Shown here one piece after another: positions 14,373 to 24,684 of a DNA stretch of 64,000 nt (positions are counted from its first letter, which is position 1; each line of letters starts with the position of its first letter). The stretch is from an uncultured Chloroflexia bacterium (GTDB lineage Bacteria > Chloroflexota > Limnocylindria > Limnocylindrales > CSP1-4), in NCBI GenBank assembly GCA_963837825.1, contig CAWIOR010000006.1, positions 111,954 to 175,953 on the forward strand, in the 5' to 3' direction. The position numbers and the translations under genes are program-made. The notes beneath the pieces are model-generated. The model had not been told where the DNA came from. It saw only the letters and a program-made list of their open reading frames with translations, and searched no databases.

Positions 14373-15152
14373 TGCCAGGATCACGTCGATGCCCGCCTCC
14401 CGGAGCGGCTCGACCTGGTCGGGGTCGGCGCCGTCGTCGGTGATCAGGACGTCGACGGCGCGCGAGTGGTGACGATCGGCGTGAAGCCCTGGCGGCCGAG
14501 CTTGCTCGAATCGGCCACCGCGACCACCCGCCGGGCGCGCGCCGCCATGGTCGCCCCGACCTCCGCGACGAGCATGTGCGGGCGTCGTCAGGCCGGTCTC
14601 GATCGTGAGCCCGTCGCAACCGAGGAAGACGATGTCGGCCGACAGGTCGCGCAGCGCCGTCGACCGCTCTGCGGGCCGACGACCGCCTGGTAGTCCGGAA
14701 GGTAGAGGCCGCCCAGGAAGATGAGGTGGGGCGACTCCCAGTCGCCGATCTCGTCGACGACCGGCAGCGAGTGGGTCACCGCCGTGATCGCGTTCGCCCT
14801 GCGGAGCGGCCGGCGATGTGGGCCGCGACCTGGGCGACCGTCGTTCCGGAGTCGAAGAAGACGACGTCGCCCGGCTGCACGAGGCGCGGCCGCTGCCGCC
14901 CCGATCCGGGCCTTCTGCTCGCGGTGCTCGCGGAGCTTCGTGGCGTAGACGCCGTGGGTCCGCACGCCCCGGTGCGGCACCGCCCCGCCGTGGATCCGGC
15001 GGAGGCGTCCGGCATCCTCGAGGATCATCAGGTCGCGTCGGATCGAGGCGTCGGTCACCTTGAAGCGGGTCGGTCAGGTCGGCGACCGAGACGCGCTCCT
15101 CCTCATCGACCAGCCGGGCGATCTCCTCGCGTCGGTCGTGGGCCGTCGTCAT
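14370..15152 (-). CDS. DeoR/GlpR-family transcriptional regulator, with a frameshift between the HTH and the sugar-binding domain.
   Basis: HTH 'MTTAHDRREEIARLVDEEERVSVADLTD' followed by 'DASIRRDLMILEDAGRLRRIHGGAV', then the DeoR C-terminal domain '...DIVFLGCDGLTIETGLTT...VDVLITDDGADPDQVEPLREAGIDVILA'. Confidence 0.75.
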   Translation of the reverse strand: MTTAHDRREEIARLVDEEERVSVADLTDPLQGDRRLDPTRPDDPRGCRTPPPDPRRGGAAPGRADPRRLRHEAPRAPRAEGPDRGGSGRASCSRATSSSSTPERRSPRSRPTSPAAPQGERDHGGDPLAAGRRRDRRLGVAPPHLPGRPLPSGLPGGRRPAERSTALRDLSADIVFLGCDGLTIETGLTTPAHARRGGRGDHGGARPAGGRGGRFEQARPPGLHADRHHSRAVDVLITDDGADPDQVEPLREAGIDVILA

Positions 15153-15187
15153 GCTCGGCACCTGCCGTGGCGAACGCCCGCCGGGGC

Positions 15188-16013
15188 TCACTTGCTCACC
15201 CCCATCGTCAGGCCGGCGATCAGGTGCCGCTGGAAGATCAGGTAGACGATGATCGCCGGCAGGGCGCTCACGATCGACCCGGCCATGAGCGCCGGGACGT
15301 GGACGATCGCGCGAGCTCTGGAGCGTCGCCAGGCCGACCGTGATCGTCCGGACGTCGGGTGTCTGGAGGAACAGCAGGCCGATCAGGAGGTCGCCCCAGA
15401 TCTGGATGAACTGGAGGACGGCCACGGTGACGATCGCCGGGATCGCCAGCGGCAGCATGATCGTCCGGAAGATCTGCCAGTAGGACGGCGCCGTCCATCA
15501 GCGAGGCCTCGATGAGCTCGTTCGGGACGCCCCGGAAGTAGGTCGTCATCAGGTAGGTCGCGAACGGGGCCCCGAGGGCCGCGTAGACGAGGATCGCGCC
15601 CGGGGTACTGGTTGATCAGCCCGACGCTGGCGATGTTCACGAACTCCGGGATGATGATCGACTGGACCGGGATCATCATCCCGGCCAGGATCGCCGAGCA
15701 GGACGCAGCGGCGAGCCGCGGAAGCCGAGCTTCGCGAACGCGAAGCCGGCCGTCGTGCTGACGATCACGATGAGGGCCACCGGCGCCGGCGGTCACGATC
15801 GTCGAGTTGACCAGCTGCTGCACGACCGGGCAGCTGGTCGAACAGGGCCTCCCAGCTGTCCAGCGAGAAGCCCTCGCCCGACGAGGTACTGGTCGTGCGA
15901 GCGGAACGCGGTGAGCACCATGAAGACGAACGGGAACAGCATCACGACGACGACGACCGACAGGATCGACGAAGATCAGGGCCGCTGGCGATGCGTCGAC
16001 GGAGTCGGGGCAC
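15188..16013 (-). CDS. CUT1-family sugar ABC transporter permease (MalG-like); frameshifted.
   Basis: 'TYFRGVPNELIEASLMDGA' carries the EAA loop. The C-terminus 'LMAGSIVSALPAIIVYLIFQRHLIAGLTMGVSK*' was reconstructed by manual translation. Confidence 0.7.
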
Positions 16014-16022
16014 GGCGGCTCC

Positions 16023-17010
16023 TCAGTCCAGCCGGCTCGCGGAGGAGCCGCAGCTGGACGAGGCTGATCGCGAACACGATCGACGAACAGGACGACCCCG
16101 ACGGCGGCGCGCATACCCGAACTCGCCCTGCGCGAAGCCGTCTGGTAGACGAAGAACTCGAGCGTCGTCGTGCCGTAGCCGGGGCCGCCGCCGGTCATCA
16201 CGAAGATGAGGCTGAACAGGGCCGTGAAGCGCGGTGATGAGGGTCAGGATGAACGCGAACTGGATGAACCGCATCAGCAGCGGGATGGTGATGTGGCGGA
16301 ACGTCGCGAGCGCCGCTCGCCCCGTCGCACGCGGGCCGCCTCGTAGACGTCGCGGTCGAGCGTCGCCATCCCGGTGATGAAGATGATCGTGTTCGTCCCG
16401 AAGACGGACCAGATGAACGTGATGATGACGGCGATCATCGCCGTCAGCTCGCCGCCGAGCATGTTCAGTCTGGATCGGATCCCCAGCCCGACGCCTCGAG
16501 GAGGCTGTTGAGGATCCCCCGCTGGGCGAAGAAGCGGACCGCCACGATCCCGATGACGACCCACGAGATGGCCGTCGGCAGGAAGTAGACGGACCGGAAG
16601 AACCGCCAGCCGAACACGTGCTCGTTGAGCAGGAAGGCCACGCGCGAGCGGGATGAGGATGCGCGAACGGGATCGACGCCAGGAGCAGGAACAGGTTGTT
16701 GAGGACGACCCGCCAGAACGTCGGGTCGCGTGAACAGCCGCTCGTAGTTGGCGAGCCCGATGCAGGTCGACGTTGATGCCGTTCCAGCGGGTCAGGCTGT
16801 AGTAGAACGGTCTGGACGATCGGCAGCGCCAGGAGCAGCGCGTAGAGGACGACGGCCGGGATGACGAACAGCGACGCCCGGCCCGTCGCTCGGAGCGCCG
16901 GAGCCGGCCCGTCGCGGCGGGGCGGCGTGTGCTCCGCGGCGGCCAGGGCGCTCGTCGAAGGCAGCGGCGTCGCTCACGCCGGGCGGCGTCCAGGCTGCAG
17001 CGGAGTCGGG
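16023..17010 (-). CDS. CUT1-family sugar ABC transporter permease (MalF-like); frameshifted.
   Basis: 'FYYSLTRWNGI', 'LGGELTAMIAVIITFIWSVFGTNTIIFITGMATLDRDVYEAARV' and 'GGGPGYGTTTLEFFVYQTA'. Confidence 0.7.
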
Positions 17011-17055
17011 GCGCACGGTCCGACGGCCCCGACTCCCGCGGCGGTCCTACTTGAG

Positions 17056-18422
17056 CTAGGTTCGCCGCGACTCGGCCGGCAGGCCCTCGAGCGTCTGCTG
17101 CATGCTCTTCAGCGCGTCTGGCCATCGACTGCGAGCCGCCGAACGCCGCGTTGAGCACCTTGGTGCGCGACGTCGCTGACCTCGGGCTGGATCACGTTGT
17201 CGATCATCGGGTAGCGCGTGAAGCCCTGCTTCGCCGCGAAGTCGAGGAGGTCCTATGGCCATCCGCTGGTCGCTGGTGAAGCCCTCACTTGGTCGGGATG
17301 AGCCCGCCGTCGGCGATGATCTTCTGGCCCTCGTCGGACGCCATCGACGGCGAGGAACGTCGGCCGCCTGCGGCCTTGTGCTGGGAGTAGGTGGTCATGC
17401 CGAAGCCGTTGCCGGCGAACTCGACGACGCCCTTGATCGGCTGTGTCGGCGAACGGCGGGACGAAGACCCCGACCTTGTCGCCCATCTTCTCCTGGAACT
17501 CGGCGATGTCCCAGGTCCCCTCCAGGGTCATGGCGGCCTTGCCGGTCTCGAACTGGGCGACGGAGTCGTGGTTGGTGAGGACGTCCGTCGTTCGTGCAGC
17601 CCTTGGTCTGAGGGCGAGCCCACTTGTCGAACTGGGCCTGACGATGGCCGGGTCGGTCCACGGGATCTCGCCCGTTGTAGAGCTTCTTCCAGTCGTCGAC
17701 CGGGTAGGTACATCATCAGGTAGCTGAGGTCGTAGTACGGGTAGAAGCCGGCGCCGAGCGCCTGGCCGCCGGTGCCGTAGGTGAACGGCAGTGATGCCGG
17801 CCGCCTTGAGCTTGTCGCACGCGGCGAACAGCTCGTCCCAGGTCGTCGGGAACGACGTGATCGCCGGCCTCGTCGAACAGCTCCTTGTTGTAGAAGCCGT
17901 TGTAGAACTGGAGGTCGAGCGGCACGAGAGGACGCCGTCGTCCAGCGTTGAGGTCCTTCGAGCACGCAGTCGATGCCCTTGAACTTCTTGAGCTCGTCCA
18001 TCGGGATGTAGTCGTTGAGCGGCTCGAGGTAGTCCTGGTTCTTGAGGGCGAACAGGCCGGTCCACATGCGTCGGCGAGGTCGGGCCCGGTCTTCGAGATC
18101 GCGGCCGCCTTGAGCAGGGCGAAGTAGTTGTCGGCCGGCTGGGTGACGATCTTGATCGTGACGTTCGGGTTCTTGGCCTCGAACGCCGTCGACGAGCGCC
18201 TCGGTCGACCGTGGCGTTGGCCTCGGTGCCGTAGTTGTGCCAGAGGGTGAGCGTGACGGGCGCGGCGGGCGTCGCGCTCGCCGGAGCAGATGCGGCGGGC
18301 GGAGGCACCTCCGGCCGCACTGGCACTCGGCGACGGGGTGCGCGGTCGTCCCGCTGCACGCCTCCGGCGACGAGCGCGACGACCATCAGGGCGGTCGCCA
18401 GCGCGAGCAGCTTACGGTTCAA
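17056..18422 (-). CDS. Extracellular solute-binding protein of the CUT1 sugar ABC transporter (lipoprotein or signal peptide); multiple frame changes.
   Basis: 'MNRKLLALATALMVVALVAGG', '...FPTTWDELFAACDKLKAAGITAV...', 'KNQDYLEPLNDYIPMDELKKFKG' and 'LQFYNGFYNKELFDEAG' are typical family-1 SBP segments. Confidence 0.7.
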
Positions 18423-18653
18423 AGCCCATGACTCCTTTCCGGCGATCGCGCCGCGTGACCTGACGCGACGCGATCCGCGATCCGCGACGGCGCGGCCGGC
18501 CGACTCTCCGGTCGCGCGGCACCGGTACTGGCAGCGATCCTACGCCGGAACGCAAGTCAATCGCAACATCGTCATGCATCAACCCGAAGGATCGGCGTCC
18601 ACGGTCGACGCGCATGGCACGCTCACGGCGAGGCTGAGCCGCGCTCGGTTCGC

Positions 18654-18718
18654 TTGACAATCGAACACGATCCGCTAGCATTGTGTGCAGTATTCCGAAC
18701 ACGATCCGGACATCCGCT
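18654..18718 (+). promoter_or_regulatory. Sigma-70-like promoter (TTGACA-16-TAGCAT) for the plus-strand catabolic operon, overlapped by two 13-bp direct repeats CGAACACGATCCG (18662-18674 and 18696-18708). These are a candidate operator, for example for the adjacent DeoR regulator.
   Basis: Read directly from the sequence in an AT-richer divergent intergenic region between the SBP gene (minus) and the aldolase gene (plus). Confidence 0.55.
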
Positions 18719-18765
18719 CGACGACCTCGAGGCGTCCGTCCGGGTGTCTCGGCGGAGCGGAGGCG

Positions 18766-19594
18766 TGCTGGTGTCGACGGGCGAGGAGATCCGTCTGGCG
18801 CGGCTGTTCGACGGTGGGCCGAACGCCGTGGTCGCCGCGATCGACCACGGCCTGTACAACGGCCCGCGGCCGGGGTTCGAGGACCTCGCCGCCGATCGTC
18901 GACCGGCTCGCGGGCGCCGACGCGATCCTCATCAGCCCCGGCATGGCCGGCCACGTCGCGCTCGGCCTTCAGCGCCGCGGCGCGCCGGCGATGATCGTCC
19001 GCCTCAACTGGGGCACCCAGTACGCGACCCAGTGGGGCTACCACGAGAGCCGGAGCGTGCCGATGATCTCGGCCGCCGAAGCCGTCGCCCTCGGCGCCGA
19101 CATCGTCCTCGTCGGGATGTCGATCAAGACCGGCTCCGAGGCCGTCGACGCCGAGAACGTCGCGGTGGTCGCGCGCTGCGTCGGCCGAGAAGCGCGCGGC
19201 CGGCGTGCCCGATCGTCGGCGAGGTCTACCCGGCCGGCCACGAGGACATCGCGCCGGAGGAGCGCCACGAGGTCATCTCGATCGGCTGCCGGATCGTCGC
19301 CGAGCTGGGCGTGGACCTGGTCAAGACCTTCCACACCGGCGAGCGCTTCGCCGAGATCGTGCGCTCGACCCCCGTGCCCGATCCTGGCCCTCGGGGCGAA
19401 GAAGCTGCCCCACGAGACGCGACGCGCTCGAGCTCGCGGCGACGGCGCGTCGCGGTACGGAGCCCGCGGCGTCGTCTTCGGCCGCAACCTGATCCAGGCC
19501 CGGAGCCCGGAACGGTTCCTCGACGCGCTCCAGGACGTCGTCAAGCGCGGCGTCGACCCGGCCGAGGCGGCCGCGAAGCACGGCATCGAGCTGA
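18766..19594 (+). CDS. Class I aldolase of the DeoC/FbaB/LsrF family, closest in pattern to 3-hydroxy-5-phosphonooxypentane-2,4-dione thiolase LsrF; frameshifted. The start and end are uncertain.
   Basis: Block-by-block similarity to E. coli LsrF: 'RLARLFDGGPNAVVAAIDHGLYNGPRPGFEDL' matches '[33 protein letters not shown]', and 'GVDLVKTFHTGERFAEIV' together with 'PILALGAKKLPHE' matches '[37 protein letters not shown]'. A putative GGAGG and GTG lie at 18758-18768. Confidence 0.7.
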
Positions 19595-19614
19595 CGCCGG
19601 CCGGCGATCGGCAC

Positions 19615-21192
19615 GTGACGCTCCTCGTCGGCCTCGACATCGGGACGACCTCGGTCAAGGCGGGCGTGTTCGACGACGACGGGCGGCTGCTGGCCGTCGC
19701 CGGCGAGGAGTACCGCGCTCGACCACCCGGCGCCCGACCGCGCCGAGCTCGACCCCGAGACGCTACTGGGCGGCGCCTCGTCGCGGCGCGTCCGGCGCGC
19801 GCTCTGAGCGCGGCCGGCGCGGCCCCGGCCGACGTCGCCGCGATCGCCGTCTCCAGCCAGGGCGAGACCGTCATCCCCGTGGACGCTCGACGGCCGCCCG
19901 CTCGGGCCGGCCATCGTCTGGCTCGACAACCGGGCGCGGACCGAGGCGCGCGAGCTGGCCGGGCGCTTCGACGACGCCGCTCGGTCTACGACCGGACCGG
20001 CGTCCCGGCCGTCAACCCGACCTGGACCGCCTGCAAGCTCCTGTGGTGGCGGCGCCACGAGCCCGGCCCTGTTCGCGCGCGGCCGCCCGGTTCCTGCTGG
20101 TCGAGGACTTCCTCCTCCATCGGCTGACCGGCCGGTTCGTGACCGAGGGCGGCGTCCAGTGCACGATCGCTCCTGTACGACATCCGGGCCGACGCCTGGT
20201 GGGCCGCCGATGCTCGACGCCGTCGGCGATCGACGCCGAGCGGCTGCCGGAGCTCGTCCGGCCCGGGCGCCGTGGTCGGGCAGCCTGACCGGCGGCGGCC
20301 GCGACGGCGCTCGGCCTGCCCGCGAGCGTGCACGGTCGTCGCCGGCGGCATGGACCAGGGCGCCGGCGCGGTCGGCGTCGGCAACCTCGGCCCGGGCATC
20401 GTCTCGGAGAGCACCGGCGGCGCGCTGACGCTCCAGGCGTCGGTCGACCGACACGGCGGCGACCCGACCGGCCAGACGCCGGTCTACGTCCACTCCGCGC
20501 CCGGGCCGCTACCTCTACTGCCCGGTCTGCCCGACCGGCGGCATGGCCCTGACCTGGTTCCGCGACCGGTTCGGCGCGCGAGGAGGTCGCGCGCGCGGCC
20601 GCGCGAGGGCCGCGACGCCTACGACCTGCTGACGGAGCTCGCCGCGGCCGTGCCCGCCGGGCTCCGACGGGCTGACCATGCTGCCCCACCTCGACGGGCG
20701 CCTTCAGCCCCGAGTACGAGCCGGAGCGCCCGCGGCGTCTTCTACGGCTTCACCCTCGCACCACGGCAAGGGCCCACTTCGTCCGGGCGGTGCTCGAGGC
20801 GGTGGCGTTCATGCTCCGGCGCAACCTGGAGCTGCTCGCGGGCGCGGGCGCCACGGCGGCCGAGATCCGCTCGCACGGCGGCGGCGCCCGGAGCGCCGCT
20901 GTGGAACCAGATCAAGGCCGACGTCTGCGGCCTGCCGGTCGTCACCCTCGAGGGCGAGGACGCGGCCGTCCGCGGCGACGCGATGCTGGCCGGCGTCGCG
21001 CCGCGGGCGTCTTCCGCGACCTCGACGAGGCCGGGCGGGCGATGGTCGCCCGTCGAGGCGCGCTATCGAGCCCGACCCGGCCGACCCGCGCCGCCTACGA
21101 CGGCGGCCTACGGCCGCTACGTCGCAGCTGTTCGAGGCGCTCCGACCGCTGTTCGCGCGACCGGGCATCCACGGCGATCGCGACCCCGATGA
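19615..21192 (+). CDS. FGGY-family carbohydrate kinase (xylulokinase/LsrK-like); at least 3 frame changes.
   Basis: 'VTLLVGLDIGTTSVKAGVFDDDGRLLAVAGEEY', 'IAVSSQGETVIPVD', 'GGMDQGAGAVGVGNLGPGIVSESTGGALTL' and the C-terminal 'AVLEAVAFMLRRNLELL...GGGARS...WNQIKADVCGLPV'. Confidence 0.75.
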
Positions 21193-21223
21193 GACCAGGC
21201 AGGCGAGCCCAGGAGGCATCCAG

Positions 21224-22627
21224 GTGACGGTGAAGGCGAAGATCGGCGTCCTGGTGATGGCGCTGCTCGAGGACGACTACAACAAGACCGCGCCACATGC
21301 GGCCGGCGGCGACCGCGGCGGCCCAGGAGATCGCCGACGCTCCTCGCCGCGTACGGCGAGGTCGTCCACGCCGGCCTCGTCGAGGAGGAGCACCAGGCGG
21401 CCGCGGCGGCCCGGATGTTCAACGCCGAGGACGTCGACATCATCGTGGCCATGGAGCTGGCCTACACGAAGGGCGTCGTCCCGGCCCGCGCGCTTCTCGA
21501 CACGACGGCGCCGGTCCTCGTCTGGAACGCCCAGAAGATCAGCCGGCTCGGCGAGAGCGACGGCTTCGACGTCGTGATGCTCAACTCCGGCATGGCCGGG
21601 CATGCCCGAGCTGACCGCGCGTCCTGCTCCGGACCGGGCGCGAGTTCGCGATGGTCACCTCGCGGCTTCGACGACCCGGACGGGCCGGCGCAAGGTGGCC
21701 AGGAGGTCGATCGCGGCCGCGGCCGTCCGGCGCCGCCTCGCGGACGCCCGGGTCGCCCTCGTCGGCCACCACTTCGAGGGCATGACCGACCTGATGTTCG
21801 ACGGGCTCTCGCTGCGCCAGGACATCGGCCCGGTGGTCTGGCCGCTGGAGCCCGAGAAGGTCGCCGTCCGCTTCGGCGAGATCCCCCAGGCCGACGTCGA
21901 TGCGACCGATCGCCGAGCGAGCGGGCGAAGTACACGGTCGAGATGGAGCCCGAGCTGTTCGAGCGCTCCGTCCGGCTCGCGCTGGCCCTCGAGTCGGTCG
22001 TCAAGGAGCACGGCTTCGACGCCTTCACCGCGTTCGACCAGGTCTGGCTGACCGACCCGCGGGTCGGGATCATCCCGTCCTACGGCACCGGCCGCCTGTG
22101 CGAGATCGGGATCCCCGCCTCGCCCGAGGGCGACGTCAACATGCGCCGTCGCCCAGCTGATCCTCCAGGAGCTGGCCGGCCAGGCGACGACCGTCGAGAA
22201 CTACGTCATCGACTTCGACAACAACGCGGTGATGTTCTCCCACGACGGCCACGGCAACCCGGCCCTCGGCGACGCCGGGCGAGGTCAAGGTCAAGCACTC
22301 CATCTACTACCAGGGCGTCCACGGCTTCGGGGCCGGCTTCGAGTTCGCCTACGAGCCCGGGCCGATCACCAACCTGGCCCTGGTGACGATGGGCGAGGGC
22401 CAGTGGCGGTTCGTCATCTCCGAGGGCGAGTTCATGCCCGTTCCCGCCGCGCCCGATCTCCGCGCCGCAGACGCTCTTCCGGCACGACACGCCTGCCCAT
22501 CGCCGAGTGGTGCGACGAGTGGTGCGCAGGCCGGCGCACCCACCACATGGGCGCCGCCCAGGGCCGCTGGACCGACCAGCTCCTGTCCTCGCCCAGATGC
22601 TCGGGCATCGAGGCGGTGGTGGTCTGA
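21224..22627 (+). CDS. Sugar isomerase of the L-fucose/L-arabinose isomerase-like family; frameshifted.
   Basis: RBS AGGAGG with a GTG start. Segments 'VTVKAKIGVLVMALLEDDYNK', 'MFNAEDVDIIVAMELAYTKGVVPARALLDTTAPVLVWNAQ', 'RVALVGHHFEGMTDLMFD' and 'YYQGVHGFGAGFEFAYEPGPITNLALVTMGEGQWRFVISEGEF' resemble FucI/AraA-like C-terminal domains. Confidence 0.55.
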
Positions 22628-23401
22628 TGATGGGCACCCGCCCCGGCCTCCGGGCGCCGGTCTTCGAGATCGGCCTCAAGGGCTACGCCTGGGGCGCCGA
22701 GGCCGTCGCGCCTGGCGAAGGCGGCCGATCGGGTGGCCGAGGAGCTCGGCGTGAGCGTCATCTTCGACCCCCAGGCCGTCGACATCCCGGCCGTCGCCCG
22801 CGCGACCCGGCACCTCCACGTCTTCGCCCAGCACATGGATCCGGTCACGCCCGGCCGCGGGGTGGGGGGCGTCCTGGCCGAGGCGCTCCGGGAGGCCGGG
22901 GCGGTCGGCACCATGCTCAACCACTCGGAGCGGCGGATGACCCTCGGCGACATCGACCGGGCCATCGGCGGGCGCGGGAGGTCGGCCTCGGCGACGATGG
23001 TCTTCGCCGACTCGCCGGAGGAGGCCGCGGCCGTCGCGCAGCTCGGCCCGGACATCGTGCTGGCCGAGCCGCCCGAGCTGATCGCGACCGGCCGCTCGGC
23101 CGCCACGGAGATGCGCGGGTTCGTCGAGCGGGCGGTCGAGCTGGTCGGGCGGATCGACCCGGGCATCATCGTCATGTGTGGCGCCGGGGTCCAGACGCCC
23201 GAGGACGTGGCACGGATGATCGGCCTCGGGGTCGGCGGGACCGGGTCCTCCAGCGGCATCCTCAAGGCGGACGACCCGGTCGCCATGATGGAGGCGATGC
23301 TCGCGGCGATGCACCGGGCCTGGCTGACGACGCACCCGGTCGCCGCGCCGGTCGAGGGCCGGTCAGCCCGGACGGATCAACGGAGAGGATCGATCAGATG
23401 A
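22627..23401 (+). CDS. Triosephosphate isomerase-like TIM-barrel protein (archaeal-type short TIM family); one frameshift near 22700.
   Basis: 'APVFEIGLKGYAWG...VSVIFDPQAVDIPAVA...GTMLNHSERRMTL...DIVLAEPPELIATG...IIVMCGAGVQTPEDV'. It overlaps the isomerase stop (ATGATGA) and ends in an ATGA overlap with the next gene. Confidence 0.65.
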
Positions 23402-23902
23402 CCGTCCACCACGCAGACCGTCGAGGTCCACAGCCCGCTCCACAAGCCGATGTTCCACGACGTCACGGCCAGCCGCGGAGGAGGCCGTCGCGCGATCCGG
23501 GATCCGGATGGGCACGATCACGGTCTACTCCGCAGCACACGACGTGCAGCGTGATCATCCAGGAGGAGTCGCACGACCGGCTGTACGACGGCACCGAGCA
23601 CCTCCTCCAGGACATGCTCGACCGGCTCGAGGCGATGGTCCCGACCTGCCGGCACGAGGGCCAGTACCTGCATCCCGGGACCGCTGCACATCCAGCACGC
23701 CGTGGACGACCTCGGCGAGGAGGCGGGCTGGAGCCTGAACACGGACGCCCACATCCGCTCGGGGCTGATCGGGCGCTCGGAGACGATCCCGATCGTCGAC
23801 GGACGGATGGAGCTCGGCGAGTTCGGGCGGATCTACTTCGTCGACTTCGACGGGGTGCGCGCCCGCGATCGCCGGGTCCATCTGCAGCTGCTGGGCGAGT
23901 GA
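23398..23902 (+). CDS. YjbQ/UPF0047 family protein; several frame changes.
   Basis: 'MTVHHQTVEVHS...', 'TCSVIIQEESHDRLYDGTEHLLQDMLDRLEAMVP' and 'GWSLNTDAHIRSGLIGRSETIPIVDGRMELGEFGRIYFVDFDG' correspond to the YjbQ signature. Confidence 0.6.
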
Positions 23903-23910
23903 CCGCGGCG

Positions 23911-24684
23911 ATGACCGCTCCGTCGTCCCTGCCGCTCACCTTCGTCGTCGACTACGACGGGACGATCTGCGCCACCCAGGTGACCGACGTGCTCATGGAG
24001 GTCTACGCCGAGACCGACGCATGGCGAGTCCTCGACGAGCTGTACATGCGCAACGAGATCGGCTCGCGCGAGGAGCTGGCCCAGCTGGTCGCCTGGCTGC
24101 CGCACGAACGCGGACCGGTGGTGGCGACCGCGGCCGCCCAGCCCCACGACGGGACCTTCGTCGACTTCGTCGCCCTGGCCCGGCGACTGGAGGTCGAGGT
24201 CGAGATCGTGAGCGATGGGTACGGCTTCTACGTCGAGCCTGCCCTCGAGGCCCTCGGTGTGACCGGCGTCCCGATCGTCACGGCTCGGACGACCTGGGAG
24301 AGCGGACGCCCCGAGATCTCCTTCCCGGCCGGCCACCCCGACTGCCTCGTGTGCGGGACGTGCAAGCGGGAGCGCGTCCGGGTCCACCAGGACCGCGGTC
24401 GCCACGTCGTCCTGGTCGGCGACGGGCCGAGTGACCGGTTCGCCGCCGCCCACGCCGACACGGTGTTCGCCAAGCCACCCCTCGACGGCTTGTGCGCCGC
24501 GGCCGGCTGGCCATACGAGGCCTGGTCGACGTTCGATGACGTGTCGGGCTGGCTCGAGCGGATCGCCCGTGCCCCGGGCGAGCTCCACCCGCGGCCGGCG
24601 CGCGAGTGGATCTGCGGCCCCGAGGTATGGGGGCCCGGGCGCACCCGACCTCCGAGCCGCGACGAGGACCAGGATCGTCACTGA
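23911..24684 (+). CDS. HAD-superfamily phosphatase of the MtnX-like/phosphoserine-phosphatase-like subfamily; intact.
   Basis: 'LTFVVDYDGTICATQ' carries the DxDG(T) motif I. 'VSDGYGFYVEP' and 'VLVGDGPSD' are motifs III and IV, and a CLVCGTCK cysteine cluster is typical of MtnX-like enzymes. Confidence 0.65.
   Translation: MTAPSSLPLTFVVDYDGTICATQVTDVLMEVYAETDAWRVLDELYMRNEIGSREELAQLVAWLPHERGPVVATAAAQPHDGTFVDFVALARRLEVEVEIVSDGYGFYVEPALEALGVTGVPIVTARTTWESGRPEISFPAGHPDCLVCGTCKRERVRVHQDRGRHVVLVGDGPSDRFAAAHADTVFAKPPLDGLCAAAGWPYEAWSTFDDVSGWLERIARAPGELHPRPAREWICGPEVWGPGRTRPPSRDEDQDRH

Noticed and set aside
18685-18765. ORF start 'MQYSEHDPDIRSTTSRRP' as the aldolase N-terminus
   Set aside because: It lies in a different frame from the LsrF-like sequence and overlaps the promoter -10 region. 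A GTG at 18766 preceded by GGAGG fits better.
22507-24684. 725-aa ORF in the six-frame track
   Set aside because: It is an artefact of an uninterrupted high-GC frame. The real content is three consecutive genes (TIM-like, yjbQ, HAD phosphatase) with ATGA overlaps. Only the last 258 codons correspond to a coherent protein.
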